The notes under the pieces are model-generated. The model saw nothing but the letters and a program-made list of their open reading frames with translations. It ran no database searches and had not been told where the DNA came from. From the IMG/VR virus record IMGVR_UViG_3300037312_001875, positions 1 to 64,000 of that record: a DNA stretch of 64,000 nucleotides; one strand, written 5' to 3'. The stretch is from a virus (lineage: Duplodnaviria; Caudoviricetes). The number at the start of each line of letters is the position of its first letter. The stretch's first letter is position 1. The position numbers and the translations under genes were made by a program. Shown here one piece after another: positions 1-10,265 of the stretch.

Positions 1-921
1 TTACAAGCCGGTCAATTCATTTGGATTCCCTAAAGCTCGGTATACTTTTCCGAATGGATTGACCAACAAATCGTCTTTGGATGCGACTTTTAATGGAACT
101 AAACACTTTTCATCGCGCAAATGTTTTTGCACAATTCTCTTTGCCATAGATCCATTATTACCAATAAATAAGATCATCCAGTGGGAAATCGGATGCTCAA
201 AACCAACATGACGGTCGTATTTCTTCATGCGCTCCGCATATTTTTCCTCGTTACTTCTATCAAAGAAGTGATTGTATTGATCTATTTTCCCAATAAGCGA
301 TGTGCGACTAGCGTAGGATCTCTCCATCTCCATAAAGACTCCAATGTTATTACTGCTTAATTCACCATCTTTGTCGGGTTTGCCAAGTACCATTATTCCG
401 TCAGGACGAATTTTATGAGATATTGAATCTTTACTACCAACCTTTTTCTCAAAGAATTGGTAGTAGGCTTTTGCTTCTGCAATCCATTCTTTGACCACAA
501 TACCTGAAGCGTGAGTTTCAAAGCTTTTGGCAACTTCCGATAATGTTAATGTGTGTGGATACCAAGGAGGAGGTTGAATGCTCCACTTGGCATTCCAATG
601 CACAGCACCTGTTAGTTGCTCTACATTATCCACTCCAAATTTTTGTAGTGTGTAAACATTAGATGGTCTTTTATGTCCTTCCTTGATTGGCAGGGCAAAA
701 GAAGTGATATACCCTGCCTTTTCAAGTGTGGATAACCTTCTATAATTATTTTTTTCATTATTCCTTTGAAGCCTTTCGATTTCTTCTGGGGCTAATGTTT
801 CTTCGTTTTCGATTTCTAATACGTAAATGTATTTATCGATGAACTCTTTGCTCAGATAAATGAATTTATGCAAATGTAAAAGAAGCTGTCTGTCCTGTTC
901 GTCTAATGGTAAGTACTTCAT
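1..921 (-). CDS. Replication-relaxation (Replic_Relax) family protein, putative relaxase
   Basis: N-terminal wHTH-like RRLSTLEKAGYI, HTLTLSEV, and PD-(D/E)xK-like IRPDG...FMEMER. Directly downstream of a coupling ATPase. Confidence 0.75.
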   Translation of the reverse strand: MKYLPLDEQDRQLLLHLHKFIYLSKEFIDKYIYVLEIENEETLAPEEIERLQRNNEKNNYRRLSTLEKAGYITSFALPIKEGHKRPSNVYTLQKFGVDNVEQLTGAVHWNAKWSIQPPPWYPHTLTLSEVAKSFETHASGIVVKEWIAEAKAYYQFFEKKVGSKDSISHKIRPDGIMVLGKPDKDGELSSNNIGVFMEMERSYASRTSLIGKIDQYNHFFDRSNEEKYAERMKKYDRHVGFEHPISHWMILFIGNNGSMAKRIVQKHLRDEKCLVPLKVASKDDLLVNPFGKVYRALGNPNELTGL

Positions 922-983
922 TGGTTCCCTCCAAAGAGATTTAATTATTGGATGGGAAAGGTGAGACCTAGCGCTTTATCACC

Positions 984-3890
984 TCACAAGAGATCCAAAA
1001 GGCTGCCGCTTTGTTCTTCTTGCATTTTCCGAGCCTTTTCCTGCTCTTCATCTAATGCTCGCTGCAACTCTTCATAATCAAGTGGTTCTGGATCTTCTGA
1101 TTTTTTGATGACCGTAAGCGGATAATCATCCTCACTGTTTTGATCATGACTCGAATCATTCCCTCCACTATCTGTCTTATCCAATAAAGACAGCATTGAT
1201 ACCACATTTTGTTTTGGTGTTTCCATCGTTTCTGCTTCTGGAACTTCTCCGTATAAATAATTGTCAATTTGTTTATCAATCTCTGTAAAGTGCAAACCGT
1301 CATTACTTTGAAGTTCTTTCGCTTTATCCATGGTCCAACGATTAGATTCTGCAATTTTCTTTTTATCTCCAAAGGTAGCTATTTCTCCGTTCGGTAAATA
1401 ACGATCGAGCGGAGGAACTTCTACGACTGTTTGATATGCTTTTTCTACTCCGTCTACATTATCCGTTATTTTTACAACAGCGGTTCGTTTAGGAAGGTTT
1501 CTTAAAAATGCCTCGGAATAAACCGTCTTTTGCTTGCCGTTGCTATCCTCGATAGTGAAAGCAGAAGCGGCAAGCCTCGCATTTTTTGGACCCTGTTTAC
1601 AGACAAATAAATTACCTGTTACCTCTGTTAAAGCGTCAAACAATTCATCCGGTAAGTCGATGATACTTTGCGTGACAGCTCCCAGGGCTAAACCTTTTTT
1701 ACGTTGTTCGCGGACAATGTAAGGGAGGATTGAAGCACGAACTTTATGAGCTTCATCAATACAAAATAGATGTAACAATGGAGTAGATTCCGCGTCCCTT
1801 GTATCTGCAATTCGATAATACAAGTAAGTTAAGTAACTGCCTACTAACGATATCTCTGTCTCACTCATCCCACTAAAATCATAAAGAATAATATATCCTT
1901 CGTCCATCCATTTGCGGAGTGGAAAATTAAAGTTCTTTTGTCCGAACACACGCTTTAAAAACGTATTAGATGAAAAAATGTCTAATCGGTTTAATAAAGA
2001 GATAGCGGAAGCATCAAGCATTCCTTCTGCTTCATTACGCCAAAATTCAACGATATCCCGGTGTTTCCCGGTTTTAGCAAGGCGATCAACGATCGGGTCT
2101 CTAAACTTTGCATTGTAGAGAAGAGGACGAACACCCAAAACGATATGCTGTTCCTCCGTATCGGCCATTAAGGTACGAATTGACATTTTTAAAAGTCTCT
2201 CCGTTTGTGGAGCCGGTTGAAAATAATCTTGTATCACTTTGAAAACTTGATCGGCTGCTAGTTCCTCAGATTCTCCCTCCATTTTGTAAAATAAGTTGAG
2301 CGCTGGAGGAAAATCGGAGTTTCTCCAAGAAACCCATTTTACTTTGTTCCAATTAATTTGGAATCTCGGTTCTCTTCCTTCTCTTTCTGCTGCTTGTTTT
2401 TCCCATACTTCTCTAACCATCAAATTATTCAGCATTAAAAGTGCGGTATCCCTTGCAGGGTCTATAAATGAATAGCCAGCAGACAGCACTTTATTTAGAA
2501 AATCATCATTAAAACTTTTTAAAATCTGATTTAAAAGAGTGGATTTACCCGAACCGTTTTCCCCTGTGAGAACCCAATGTTCACCGATATAACGCGGTAA
2601 CACTCGGACTTCACGATCTTTTATAAACGGATGGAATTGATATCCGAATGGGACTCCGTTCTCATTGGATAGAACATTTTTAGGAAGAAGTTCTCTCCCC
2701 TCAGAATTATGAGGGATTAAGTCTCTTTGTTTTACGACAAGTCCTTCTCCAGTTAAGTGTGGAAAGTGGACGAGATTGGCTAATTCGCTCCCAACCCATA
2801 CCATTCGATAGCGATGCATGGAAGGATAATGAGAAACCGAATGTCTCATCTTCCGATATTTCAAACCATTTACATCCTCCATAAGCCCATCAATCGCTTG
2901 ACCTACACTTTTCAACATCTTAACGCCGGGATAGTGTTCTGTTGCAATGGAAATCGTTACATCAAAAGCAACCTCATTTCCAGAAAAGCGATGATCCCAT
3001 GATTTCAATTCCTCTTTGTCTACAAAGGATCGCTCGTTTGATTTCTTGTTGCTTTTGTTTTCTTTTTGAGCAGCTTCAATTTCTTCCCGCAGTTTTTTGC
3101 CGTTATTCGGGACGAAAGCAATTTGCAACCAAGTATTCGGCTCCATGTTATTTAAAACAATTGGGAGCTTATCGACTTTATACCTGGAGAGCGATAAGGT
3201 TTTATCCATTTTTTTACGGATAAATTTTAATCTCCCTCCCACGGAGTTTCTATTTTTCACCTTGATTTCAAATGGAAGAAATTTAAACTTCTTCTTCTTC
3301 CACATTTCAGGAAATCTTAGTTTGCTTAGTTTATCTGGATCATAAAATTCGACCCGTGAGTAAAGGGATGACCAATGTTTTTTGAAATAGTCAATTCGGT
3401 CTTTTGGTGCTCCCAGGTAAAAACAAATGCTTTCGTCGTCTCCATAATGAATTAAAAAATTGTATCTTTCTTTCCCGAAAATCAAACGGGCGAGAGGTGA
3501 ACGTTTTGATTTGTGAATAATCCTTATGGCCTCACCTAAAGTCTGTGGTGTAACTCCATCTTTAGAATGAGGTAGCGCAAGGCTGTATACATATTTCTTT
3601 TTATTCCACAAATGGGTGAAAATTCCTCTAATCAACAGGAGAATTATCATAAGAAGTGCTGCGACCAATATTTTAGGAAAATAGTAATTTATGATGTTTT
3701 GAATCTTTGTTGTTGGTATGAATTTTGCGAGAAATGGCCGTTGATACAACCACATGTATACAAATAATGAAGGGATGATGACTGCGGACATGATGCTAAT
3801 TTGTTTGCGATTCTCCCAAGCTGACTTAAAGAACTCCTCCATTTGTTTCTCTACTTGGTCGTCAAATTTGCTTCGTTTTATAGTTCCCAC
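984..3890 (-). CDS. VirD4/TraD-like type IV coupling ATPase
   Basis: Two N-terminal TM segments, Walker A GENGSGKS, Walker B LFCIDEAH, TQS motif, acidic C-tail. GTG start with GAGGTG SD. Confidence 0.75.
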   Translation of the reverse strand: MGTIKRSKFDDQVEKQMEEFFKSAWENRKQISIMSAVIIPSLFVYMWLYQRPFLAKFIPTTKIQNIINYYFPKILVAALLMIILLLIRGIFTHLWNKKKYVYSLALPHSKDGVTPQTLGEAIRIIHKSKRSPLARLIFGKERYNFLIHYGDDESICFYLGAPKDRIDYFKKHWSSLYSRVEFYDPDKLSKLRFPEMWKKKKFKFLPFEIKVKNRNSVGGRLKFIRKKMDKTLSLSRYKVDKLPIVLNNMEPNTWLQIAFVPNNGKKLREEIEAAQKENKSNKKSNERSFVDKEELKSWDHRFSGNEVAFDVTISIATEHYPGVKMLKSVGQAIDGLMEDVNGLKYRKMRHSVSHYPSMHRYRMVWVGSELANLVHFPHLTGEGLVVKQRDLIPHNSEGRELLPKNVLSNENGVPFGYQFHPFIKDREVRVLPRYIGEHWVLTGENGSGKSTLLNQILKSFNDDFLNKVLSAGYSFIDPARDTALLMLNNLMVREVWEKQAAEREGREPRFQINWNKVKWVSWRNSDFPPALNLFYKMEGESEELAADQVFKVIQDYFQPAPQTERLLKMSIRTLMADTEEQHIVLGVRPLLYNAKFRDPIVDRLAKTGKHRDIVEFWRNEAEGMLDASAISLLNRLDIFSSNTFLKRVFGQKNFNFPLRKWMDEGYIILYDFSGMSETEISLVGSYLTYLYYRIADTRDAESTPLLHLFCIDEAHKVRASILPYIVREQRKKGLALGAVTQSIIDLPDELFDALTEVTGNLFVCKQGPKNARLAASAFTIEDSNGKQKTVYSEAFLRNLPKRTAVVKITDNVDGVEKAYQTVVEVPPLDRYLPNGEIATFGDKKKIAESNRWTMDKAKELQSNDGLHFTEIDKQIDNYLYGEVPEAETMETPKQNVVSMLSLLDKTDSGGNDSSHDQNSEDDYPLTVIKKSEDPEPLDYEELQRALDEEQEKARKMQEEQSGSLLDLL

Positions 3891-4262
3891 TTATTTCACC
3901 TCGGTTACATTAATGAGGGAATGAGTGAGTGGACTGGGGATGAGTAGACAGATACTTACGTCTTGTATTGAGTTGTCAAAGGACGGTTGAGGCGAGCAGT
4001 TGAGATGGGTTGCCGCGCCCCCAAAATGGGTGAAGTTTAGAAGAAATCTGTTCCCGATGAATACCAAATTTGAAATTTGGTCTTCACGGAAAAGAATTGA
4101 AATTTCCTCTTGATGTCAGTATAGCCTAATAATGGTAATTTTGGCAAGGACTTTTTGAGAAATTTATGCGGAATCTTTTTAGGTATTTTCTGCACAAATT
4201 TCTCATATGATTCATTATATATTCCACAATAAAATCTCATTAGGACAGAAGGGGTGCTTGTC

Positions 4263-4409
4263 ATGTCAAAAAAGCAGCGTTTTTTCATTGAAGAAAGGAT
4301 CAAATTTATGGAGCTGTGTGTTCAAATTGCCAAAACATCAGAGGATGTTGAGTACTTTACGATGGAATTATTTAACCTTCAAAGAAGAATTATTGGCAGC
4401 CAGGGATGA
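4263..4409 (+). CDS. Small hypothetical protein (48 aa, not in ORF track)
   Basis: AGGGGTG SD; translated by hand MSKKQRFFIEERIKFMELCVQIAKTSEDVEYFTMELFNLQRRIIGSQG. Resembles the 37237-37395 ORF. Confidence 0.5.
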   Translation: MSKKQRFFIEERIKFMELCVQIAKTSEDVEYFTMELFNLQRRIIGSQG

Positions 4410-4454
4410 ATGATCTGGAAGAGATGTTGAGAAAAGGTACCAGTCTATTGTTCA

Positions 4455-4514
4455 TGTATACAAAAAAGCATACATAAATGTATACAAATCCCAACGCATA
4501 CAATTTTGTATACA
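4455..4514. repeat. ATAC/TGTATACA array upstream of the parM-like gene (centromere- or operator-like)
   Basis: TGTATACA at 4455, 4479 and 4507, interleaved with GCATACA at 4468 and 4496. ATAC cores are spaced 12, 12, 16, 12 bp. Confidence 0.55.
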
Positions 4515-4548
4515 TTTAAATTTAAAAAAACGAGAGGATTGATTTTTC

Positions 4549-5691
4549 ATGGTAAACCGGATTGCTGCTATTGATGTTGGAAATGATTCTATAAAAGCTA
4601 TTTTTGGAAATTTAGAGTACGAATTGAATATCCCAAATATCATCGCAAGGGATACAGCGGAACGTCCAATCATCGGGATCGAGGAGATAAATAGTAAAAA
4701 TCCATTGGAGGGTATTCACGTTAAAGTCGTTTCTCCAGCATTAAAAGAAAACAATATGATCTATCGTGTGGGGAATTTAGCAACTAAAAGTGATAATGCA
4801 ACGGAGCTAGATCCTGGGAGCTGTAAATCAGATGAGGACCAAACATTGGTGATGTTATTTACGACTCTTGCTTTAGATGCAGTAAGAGAAGAAAATTTCA
4901 ATCAGTTTAAACGGTCTGAAAATATCGTTAATGCTCATTACACATTAGGAACCGGTCTTCCTCTTCGTGAAATAAAAGAAGGGAAAGATGTAAGTTATCG
5001 GTCGAGATTACTTGAGTCCACTCACCAGATTGAGTTTCTTGTTACGCCAAAATATCAGGGATTAAAGGTTAATATTAGATTCAATGAAGTAAAAGTCTAT
5101 CCAGAAGGATTTGCAGCCTTTATCAATCTTGTTATGGATCATGACTTAAAAATTATTAATAAGGAATTAATTGATAAACGAATTTTGATTCAGGATATAG
5201 GTGGCTTATCTACAGATATTGCTGTTATTAAAAACCGCAATGTAGATGACGATAAAGCACAAGGTTTTAACCTGGGGGTATCAGAGGCATTGGAAGCAAT
5301 CAGAGAGGAAATTAGAATTCAGCATGGGGTTGAATTAGACAGTCGCAGGGATGTAGTTGAACTCCTAACCAGAAAACAGGATCGCCATCACATTATGGTC
5401 AAAGGAAAAAAAACGAGTGTTCACCCTATCGTTGATCGCATTCTCATGGATTTAGCGAAAAAGGAATACCGACTCTTACGTAATATCTGGGCAAAGAACT
5501 CTCAAACGGAAGTCTGTTATTTTGTCGGTGGCGGTGCTAACATCCTAAAGGATTATTTGAAGACGATAAACAGTAATTTAGATGACTACAACATTGAGTT
5601 TTTCGATGATGAAAAAGAAAGTATTTGGATGATGGCCAATGCTTATTCTAAATTAATAAAGGAATACTCTAGAAGACAAAAAAAGAAATAA
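4549..5691 (+). CDS. ParM/StbA-family actin-like ATPase
   Basis: Phosphate-1 IDVGND, connect VYPEG, phosphate-2 QDIGGLSTD, adenosine FVGGGA. Confidence 0.85.
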   Translation: MVNRIAAIDVGNDSIKAIFGNLEYELNIPNIIARDTAERPIIGIEEINSKNPLEGIHVKVVSPALKENNMIYRVGNLATKSDNATELDPGSCKSDEDQTLVMLFTTLALDAVREENFNQFKRSENIVNAHYTLGTGLPLREIKEGKDVSYRSRLLESTHQIEFLVTPKYQGLKVNIRFNEVKVYPEGFAAFINLVMDHDLKIINKELIDKRILIQDIGGLSTDIAVIKNRNVDDDKAQGFNLGVSEALEAIREEIRIQHGVELDSRRDVVELLTRKQDRHHIMVKGKKTSVHPIVDRILMDLAKKEYRLLRNIWAKNSQTEVCYFVGGGANILKDYLKTINSNLDDYNIEFFDDEKESIWMMANAYSKLIKEYSRRQKKK

Positions 5692-5696
5692 ACATT

Positions 5697-5725
5697 AAGG
5701 ATCGCCAGATGGCGGTCTTTTTTTT
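5697..5725 (+). terminator. Intrinsic terminator
   Basis: AAGGATCGCC-AGAT-GGCGGTCTTT followed by a T-run. Confidence 0.7.
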
Positions 5726-5734
5726 GATACAATA

Positions 5735-5750
5735 TAGTAAAATAGTCCTA
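5735..5750. promoter_or_regulatory. 16-bp dyad box (virion-gene regulon)
   Basis: TAGTAA-AATA-GTCCTA; 15/16 identical to the copies at 63092 and at 46399 (reverse complement). Confidence 0.6.
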
Positions 5751-5770
5751 TTGAAAAAGGATGTGGAATT

Positions 5771-7621
5771 GTGAAATTCAATAACCTGCATGATATGGAG
5801 GAATTCATTTCTAATTTGAGTTCGGGGAGTGGAGGTATCCAAATCGATGATGAATCCACTACCAGTACGATTGAAACCTGGTCAGCGAAAAAAATAGCGA
5901 CTGAGATATCGACGATAAAGAATGATACAGCGAATCTAACCAGCGGAATGACTAACATACGACAATACAATGTGTTAGGAGACGATTCTATTGGTGACAG
6001 TGACACCATTCAAGCAATGATTAACCAAAAGCGTCAAGAGATTTTGACGTTTGGGTTTTCTAAACAGAATACCGTGGATGTTCCAAGTGGTAAGTACATT
6101 ATTGATAAGGAGATAAAAATGTCCCCTTATTTGAAATTAAAAGCATTGGGTAACGTGGAATTTGAGTTGCAGTTTAATGGGACCGCTTTTTGGATCTCAC
6201 CTAGTATTGGAGATCCCATCTATGGCAACAACGATGCGACTAAGCCGATTCATTTGCGCAAAAACGTTTGGACACGTGGAAAGTATTTTGACGGTTCAAA
6301 TGGAACATTTACGTTTACAACCACCTTGAACAATGATTCGACTGGCAATAATACGATTGCAATTGAAATTGGGGATCGTGACATTGCCAGCAATCAAGCT
6401 CTACCTGTTTCGAGATATGTAATTGAGAATGCCAATGTGTATGGGCTTCATGCGGCAATTAAACATAACTCTATCAATAATTACATTGGAACTTTCAAAC
6501 ACTGTCATTGGGAACTGAACAATCACGCCATTTGGGTAACCAGTCCGACGCCAGGAAAGCAGTACAATTCGGGAGAAAACTTCAATTACGACAACTGTAT
6601 TATTGCTGGATGCAAGAAACCTGCTGTATATGTAGATGCTGCCGGCCATGACCAGACGTTTAATCATTGTTCCTTCGACTTCAACAGCTCCCCCCTCTTT
6701 TATTCCACTCATTCAGGAGTGAGCACAAGATTGGATCATTGCTACATTGAAAAAGTAGGTGATTGGTTTGGAGTAGGCGAGCAGTTGATTTATAAAGCCG
6801 AGTCCACCTTGGATGCGGAGAGCTGGGGGAGAAATTCGTTCTACATCAACAACTTGATTGTCTACTTAAAACGTCCAACCAAACTTTTCACGAATCTGCC
6901 CAACCCATCTGGCGGTCGAATCAGACTCTATTTAGATATTGATGGGATGGAGACGAGATATGACAACTATGATCCATACGATATTGACAACCGGTTCATG
7001 GTGGACGATGAGAACGAGAATATTCGTTTGATATCCCGTAAAGTTATCAATACGAATTCGATTGCCAAAAACCATGTATCGAGGAGCGGGAATCTCGTAA
7101 GAAATGGCGATTTTGAGGAATCGATGGTGGGAACCTATTTGACAATGGCCAATAAGGAAGCGGACGGGTCTTGGTATTGCTCCTATCATGACAGTGTAAC
7201 CGGCCCCATTATCACCCAAGAAGGATTAAAGGGTTCTAAGTGCCTCCGATACAATATCGTTCGCCCGGACAACGTGTTAAAAGTCGAATATAAGGGTTTG
7301 ATTCCCGTGGAACCCGGGGAAATGCTTAATCTATCTGCTCTCTTTTTGTTAGATAAAGTGAGTGCCAGGAACGAGATTAAGTATCGATTCAGTTGGTATG
7401 ATGCCATGGGTAACTGGATGTACGATTTTGACTATTTGGAAATATTTAGTGAAAGCAGTGATGTGACGGCACAAGACGGAACTAAATTCCGAACGTCTAG
7501 AAGTCACGCCCTGCTCTTTGTCCCAAAATACGCAGCAAAGGTCAAACCTGCCGTTATTACTGGAAACATCGATGCTGACTATATCCTCATCGATGACATC
7601 CACTTTTCAAAATCTAAATAA
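5771..7621 (+). CDS. Tailspike-like beta-helix depolymerase with C-terminal CBM-like domain
   Basis: Pectate_lyase_3-like start (NIRQYNVLGDD...DTIQAMIN...VPSGKYII), TWSAKKI fibre motif, C-terminal NLVRNGDFEES. Confidence 0.7.
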   Translation: MKFNNLHDMEEFISNLSSGSGGIQIDDESTTSTIETWSAKKIATEISTIKNDTANLTSGMTNIRQYNVLGDDSIGDSDTIQAMINQKRQEILTFGFSKQNTVDVPSGKYIIDKEIKMSPYLKLKALGNVEFELQFNGTAFWISPSIGDPIYGNNDATKPIHLRKNVWTRGKYFDGSNGTFTFTTTLNNDSTGNNTIAIEIGDRDIASNQALPVSRYVIENANVYGLHAAIKHNSINNYIGTFKHCHWELNNHAIWVTSPTPGKQYNSGENFNYDNCIIAGCKKPAVYVDAAGHDQTFNHCSFDFNSSPLFYSTHSGVSTRLDHCYIEKVGDWFGVGEQLIYKAESTLDAESWGRNSFYINNLIVYLKRPTKLFTNLPNPSGGRIRLYLDIDGMETRYDNYDPYDIDNRFMVDDENENIRLISRKVINTNSIAKNHVSRSGNLVRNGDFEESMVGTYLTMANKEADGSWYCSYHDSVTGPIITQEGLKGSKCLRYNIVRPDNVLKVEYKGLIPVEPGEMLNLSALFLLDKVSARNEIKYRFSWYDAMGNWMYDFDYLEIFSESSDVTAQDGTKFRTSRSHALLFVPKYAAKVKPAVITGNIDADYILIDDIHFSKSK

Positions 7622-7754
7622 AAACAACAACCAATAGGGGTGAGCGTTCATGGAAAGAGAAGGTTCGTTTGCAGTAGGATGTTTTTGGGGAATTTTGATT
7701 TCCATTCCGTTGTGGATCATCTTGTTTGGTTTAGTTGCTTTAATAGATTAACAG

Positions 7755-7782
7755 AAAAAGAAGCCCCGAGGGGCTTCTTCTA
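7755..7782. terminator. Bidirectional terminator between convergent genes
   Basis: AAAAAGAAGCCCC-GA-GGGGCTTCTTCT. Confidence 0.7.
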
Positions 7783-7914
7783 TTTGATTAAATCAATTCG
7801 ACCTTTTAGGGTTAGGTACGCATCAATGCCTTTTTTTAATTCTGGGCGTTTGACAATGACCTCAAGATAAGTGAATGCGCCATCGATGATCCGCTGTCCC
7901 ATATATTCCGCCAT
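7780..7914 (-). CDS. Small phage tail-associated protein (44 aa, not in ORF track)
   Basis: MAEYMGQRIIDGAFTYLEVIVKRPELKKGIDAYLTLKGRIDLIK. TGATG overlap with the upstream gene. Typical small Firmicutes fibre-locus protein. Confidence 0.65.
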   Translation of the reverse strand: MAEYMGQRIIDGAFTYLEVIVKRPELKKGIDAYLTLKGRIDLIK

Positions 7915-8195
7915 CAGCTCATTCCCCCCATGATCATGTCGTCGAGCGCCTTCTGGACGAGGGTGAGTCTTTCTTCCAAGCTCGGCTTACTCAAACGCTG
8001 TTGGCGTTCTTTGATAAGAAGCGCCTCGTACACGTTATCTCTGACTAACTGTTTTCTCTGGTAACGAAACACCAGAGGATTCCTTAATACTTCGTGGTCT
8101 TCCACGACCTCCACTTCAATTTCCTGTTCCATGCTGCGTGTCGTGGCAATACCGACGACACGTCCCTCTTCCTGCACGTGGATATATGCTTTCAT
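7914..8195 (-). CDS. DUF2977-like tail fibre accessory/chaperone
   Basis: Size, position after a tailspike and the C-terminal LEERL..VQKALDDMIMGGM pattern. Confidence 0.55.
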   Translation of the reverse strand: MKAYIHVQEEGRVVGIATTRSMEQEIEVEVVEDHEVLRNPLVFRYQRKQLVRDNVYEALLIKERQQRLSKPSLEERLTLVQKALDDMIMGGMS

Positions 8196-8208
8196 GTTCC
8201 TTCCCCCT

Positions 8209-10248
8209 TTACCATTCGATGACCTGACGAAGAGTAACGTCGACTGTTCCGTTACTCATCATGTTGTTTGTTGCAATTCCTGTGAGTTTTTCGTTATAGA
8301 CATTGATTAGTTTGATGGTTAGCGCCGCACCGTTGGTATTTAAATAGCTACTAACAGAAAATGCGTGTAATTTGCCATTATAGGCTTCAGCAGCATATTT
8401 CGGTATGACGGTATAGTTGAAATCATAATCATTATAGGAAGCACCGAAGTCGTAATCACTCCAGACCAAGATCCATCCGTTCCGGCAATCAGACAATTTT
8501 TTGGTTGGAACCACTTCTGCAACCGTTCCTGGGGATACTTCTCCCATTAGATTATTGCCTGACCACAGGACATTGGTCTTGTTGATGGTATAATCACCTC
8601 TCCAGTTCGAAGCATTCGCATACACAGGAGCCGTTGCCACCCAGCTGATATAGTTCGACCCCACCCGGCAGTTGTTACAATTGTTATTGATTCCGATGCC
8701 ATAACGTGGTCGGTTATTTAATTTCGAGTCAATGTAATTATCGTCCATTTCAATGCTGTCGCTATAAACGAGACCGATGGCATCGCGGGTATTATCGGAT
8801 TGATAAGCGATGTTGTTTAAACGATTTCCCCTGATGCTTCCGCCCTTCGAATAGGACATATAGATACCCGTATAAGGGATATTTGCAAGCGTATTGTTGC
8901 GGATGTTGACGTACCCTGTATATCCTAGATTTTTAAAAGTATCATCCAGTTCCGATACATAAATTCCTTCATATTGCGTGGATTCGATTCTATTATTCTC
9001 TACCGTTGCATTTAAGCAGTTATAGAGGACTACACCCCGTTGTACATCGCTTAACTGATTGTCCCGAACAACCACGTTTTTCGCCCACGTCATCTGAATC
9101 GCATTTCCTGTGGACTTTATGCTGTCTGGTTGTACATCCGGAGCAGCCCCTCGATCGAATGTATTGTTGGTAAAGCGGATATTATCCCAATAGCCAATAC
9201 CGTTTGTTCCAGCCCACCCTCTTAATACGAATGTAGAAGATATAGTACCTACAAAGTGATTTTCTGTAACGTTCATATACGAACCACTTTGGGGTTCTTT
9301 GTCGGCATGTACCATATCTTTTGTAGCGGGATCATACACCCAAGTTTGGAAACCATCATCTGCAGAACAAAGAATATCATTTTTACAGCCAATAAACGTA
9401 TTTCCTGACACTTTGCAGTTTTTAAATTTGAAGTTCCGAATCCCTGCGTAAGTCATCCCCTCAAACGTATTATTGATGATTTTTACGTCCTCCACATATT
9501 CATCATGAACAGAGGAATGATTTCCAATTCCAGTTGCTACGGGCCCCATGCCAGCCGTACCGCTCGAACCAAAATAACAGTTTTGTATGGTTATATTTTT
9601 GACGGATTTCCCGCTAAAATCACCGGTGCCTCCTGACCCTAGTTTGGTAAAAGGAGCTATCTGGATGGCTTCGGCATAGTCCCTTGATTGATCAGTGGTG
9701 GCATCTTTATAGCCCAAAAAATTACAGTTATCTATAAGAACATTTTCAAGCGAGGCTAGATCAAGGGAATGGTTAGACTTTACATCCTTGAAGGTGATAT
9801 TACGGAACGTGATATCACGACCCCGTGTAAAAGCAAACATGTTATAACTAGTGGAGTCAGGACCGGAGAGGACATTGCCATCCCAAGTTCCTCCTTCAAT
9901 GGTGATATTTCCATGCCCTGAATAAGAATCTGTTGGATCTGTAAGCGTGTCAGCGTTACTTGGATAATTGGCTAAAAACGAACCTCTTACAAATCCACGA
10001 AGCATCCGCGCATTTTGGTGAAGGATCAGCTGCACATTTCTTTTGATGAGCAACTGAGAACCAATCAAATAATATCCATCAGGTACTAAGACGGTGCCCC
10101 CGCCTCTAGAAAAAGCTAAGTCCAAGGCTTTTTGGAGAATTGGACCGTCATTAGAGATCCCATCCCCCATCGCACCAAGTGTCTTCACGTTGATTTCCTG
10201 GTCTTCTAAAATTCTAAACCGTTTCGTAATGGAACCTGAAAAGCCCAT
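8209..10248 (-). CDS. Beta-helix (pectin-lyase-like) tailspike
   Basis: INVKTLGAMGDGISNDGPILQKALD...VPDGYYLI, many parallel beta-helix repeats, C-terminal LSDCRNGWILVWSDYD fibre-tip domain. Confidence 0.75.
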   Translation of the reverse strand: MGFSGSITKRFRILEDQEINVKTLGAMGDGISNDGPILQKALDLAFSRGGGTVLVPDGYYLIGSQLLIKRNVQLILHQNARMLRGFVRGSFLANYPSNADTLTDPTDSYSGHGNITIEGGTWDGNVLSGPDSTSYNMFAFTRGRDITFRNITFKDVKSNHSLDLASLENVLIDNCNFLGYKDATTDQSRDYAEAIQIAPFTKLGSGGTGDFSGKSVKNITIQNCYFGSSGTAGMGPVATGIGNHSSVHDEYVEDVKIINNTFEGMTYAGIRNFKFKNCKVSGNTFIGCKNDILCSADDGFQTWVYDPATKDMVHADKEPQSGSYMNVTENHFVGTISSTFVLRGWAGTNGIGYWDNIRFTNNTFDRGAAPDVQPDSIKSTGNAIQMTWAKNVVVRDNQLSDVQRGVVLYNCLNATVENNRIESTQYEGIYVSELDDTFKNLGYTGYVNIRNNTLANIPYTGIYMSYSKGGSIRGNRLNNIAYQSDNTRDAIGLVYSDSIEMDDNYIDSKLNNRPRYGIGINNNCNNCRVGSNYISWVATAPVYANASNWRGDYTINKTNVLWSGNNLMGEVSPGTVAEVVPTKKLSDCRNGWILVWSDYDFGASYNDYDFNYTVIPKYAAEAYNGKLHAFSVSSYLNTNGAALTIKLINVYNEKLTGIATNNMMSNGTVDVTLRQVIEW

Positions 10249-10265
10249 AAAATGTCACCTCCCTA

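Noticed and set aside
727-735. DnaA box TGTGGATAA in the relaxase gene
   Set aside because: A single isolated copy inside a CDS, expected by chance.
1052-3345. Short ORFs overlapping the coupling ATPase, and similar shadow ORFs throughout the ORF track
   Set aside because: They overlap long motif-bearing genes, lack SD sites and show no recognisable protein features.
4037-4303. 88-aa minus-strand ORF as a ParM adaptor
   Set aside because: No SD, atypical composition, and it overlaps the better-supported plus-strand ORF at 4263.
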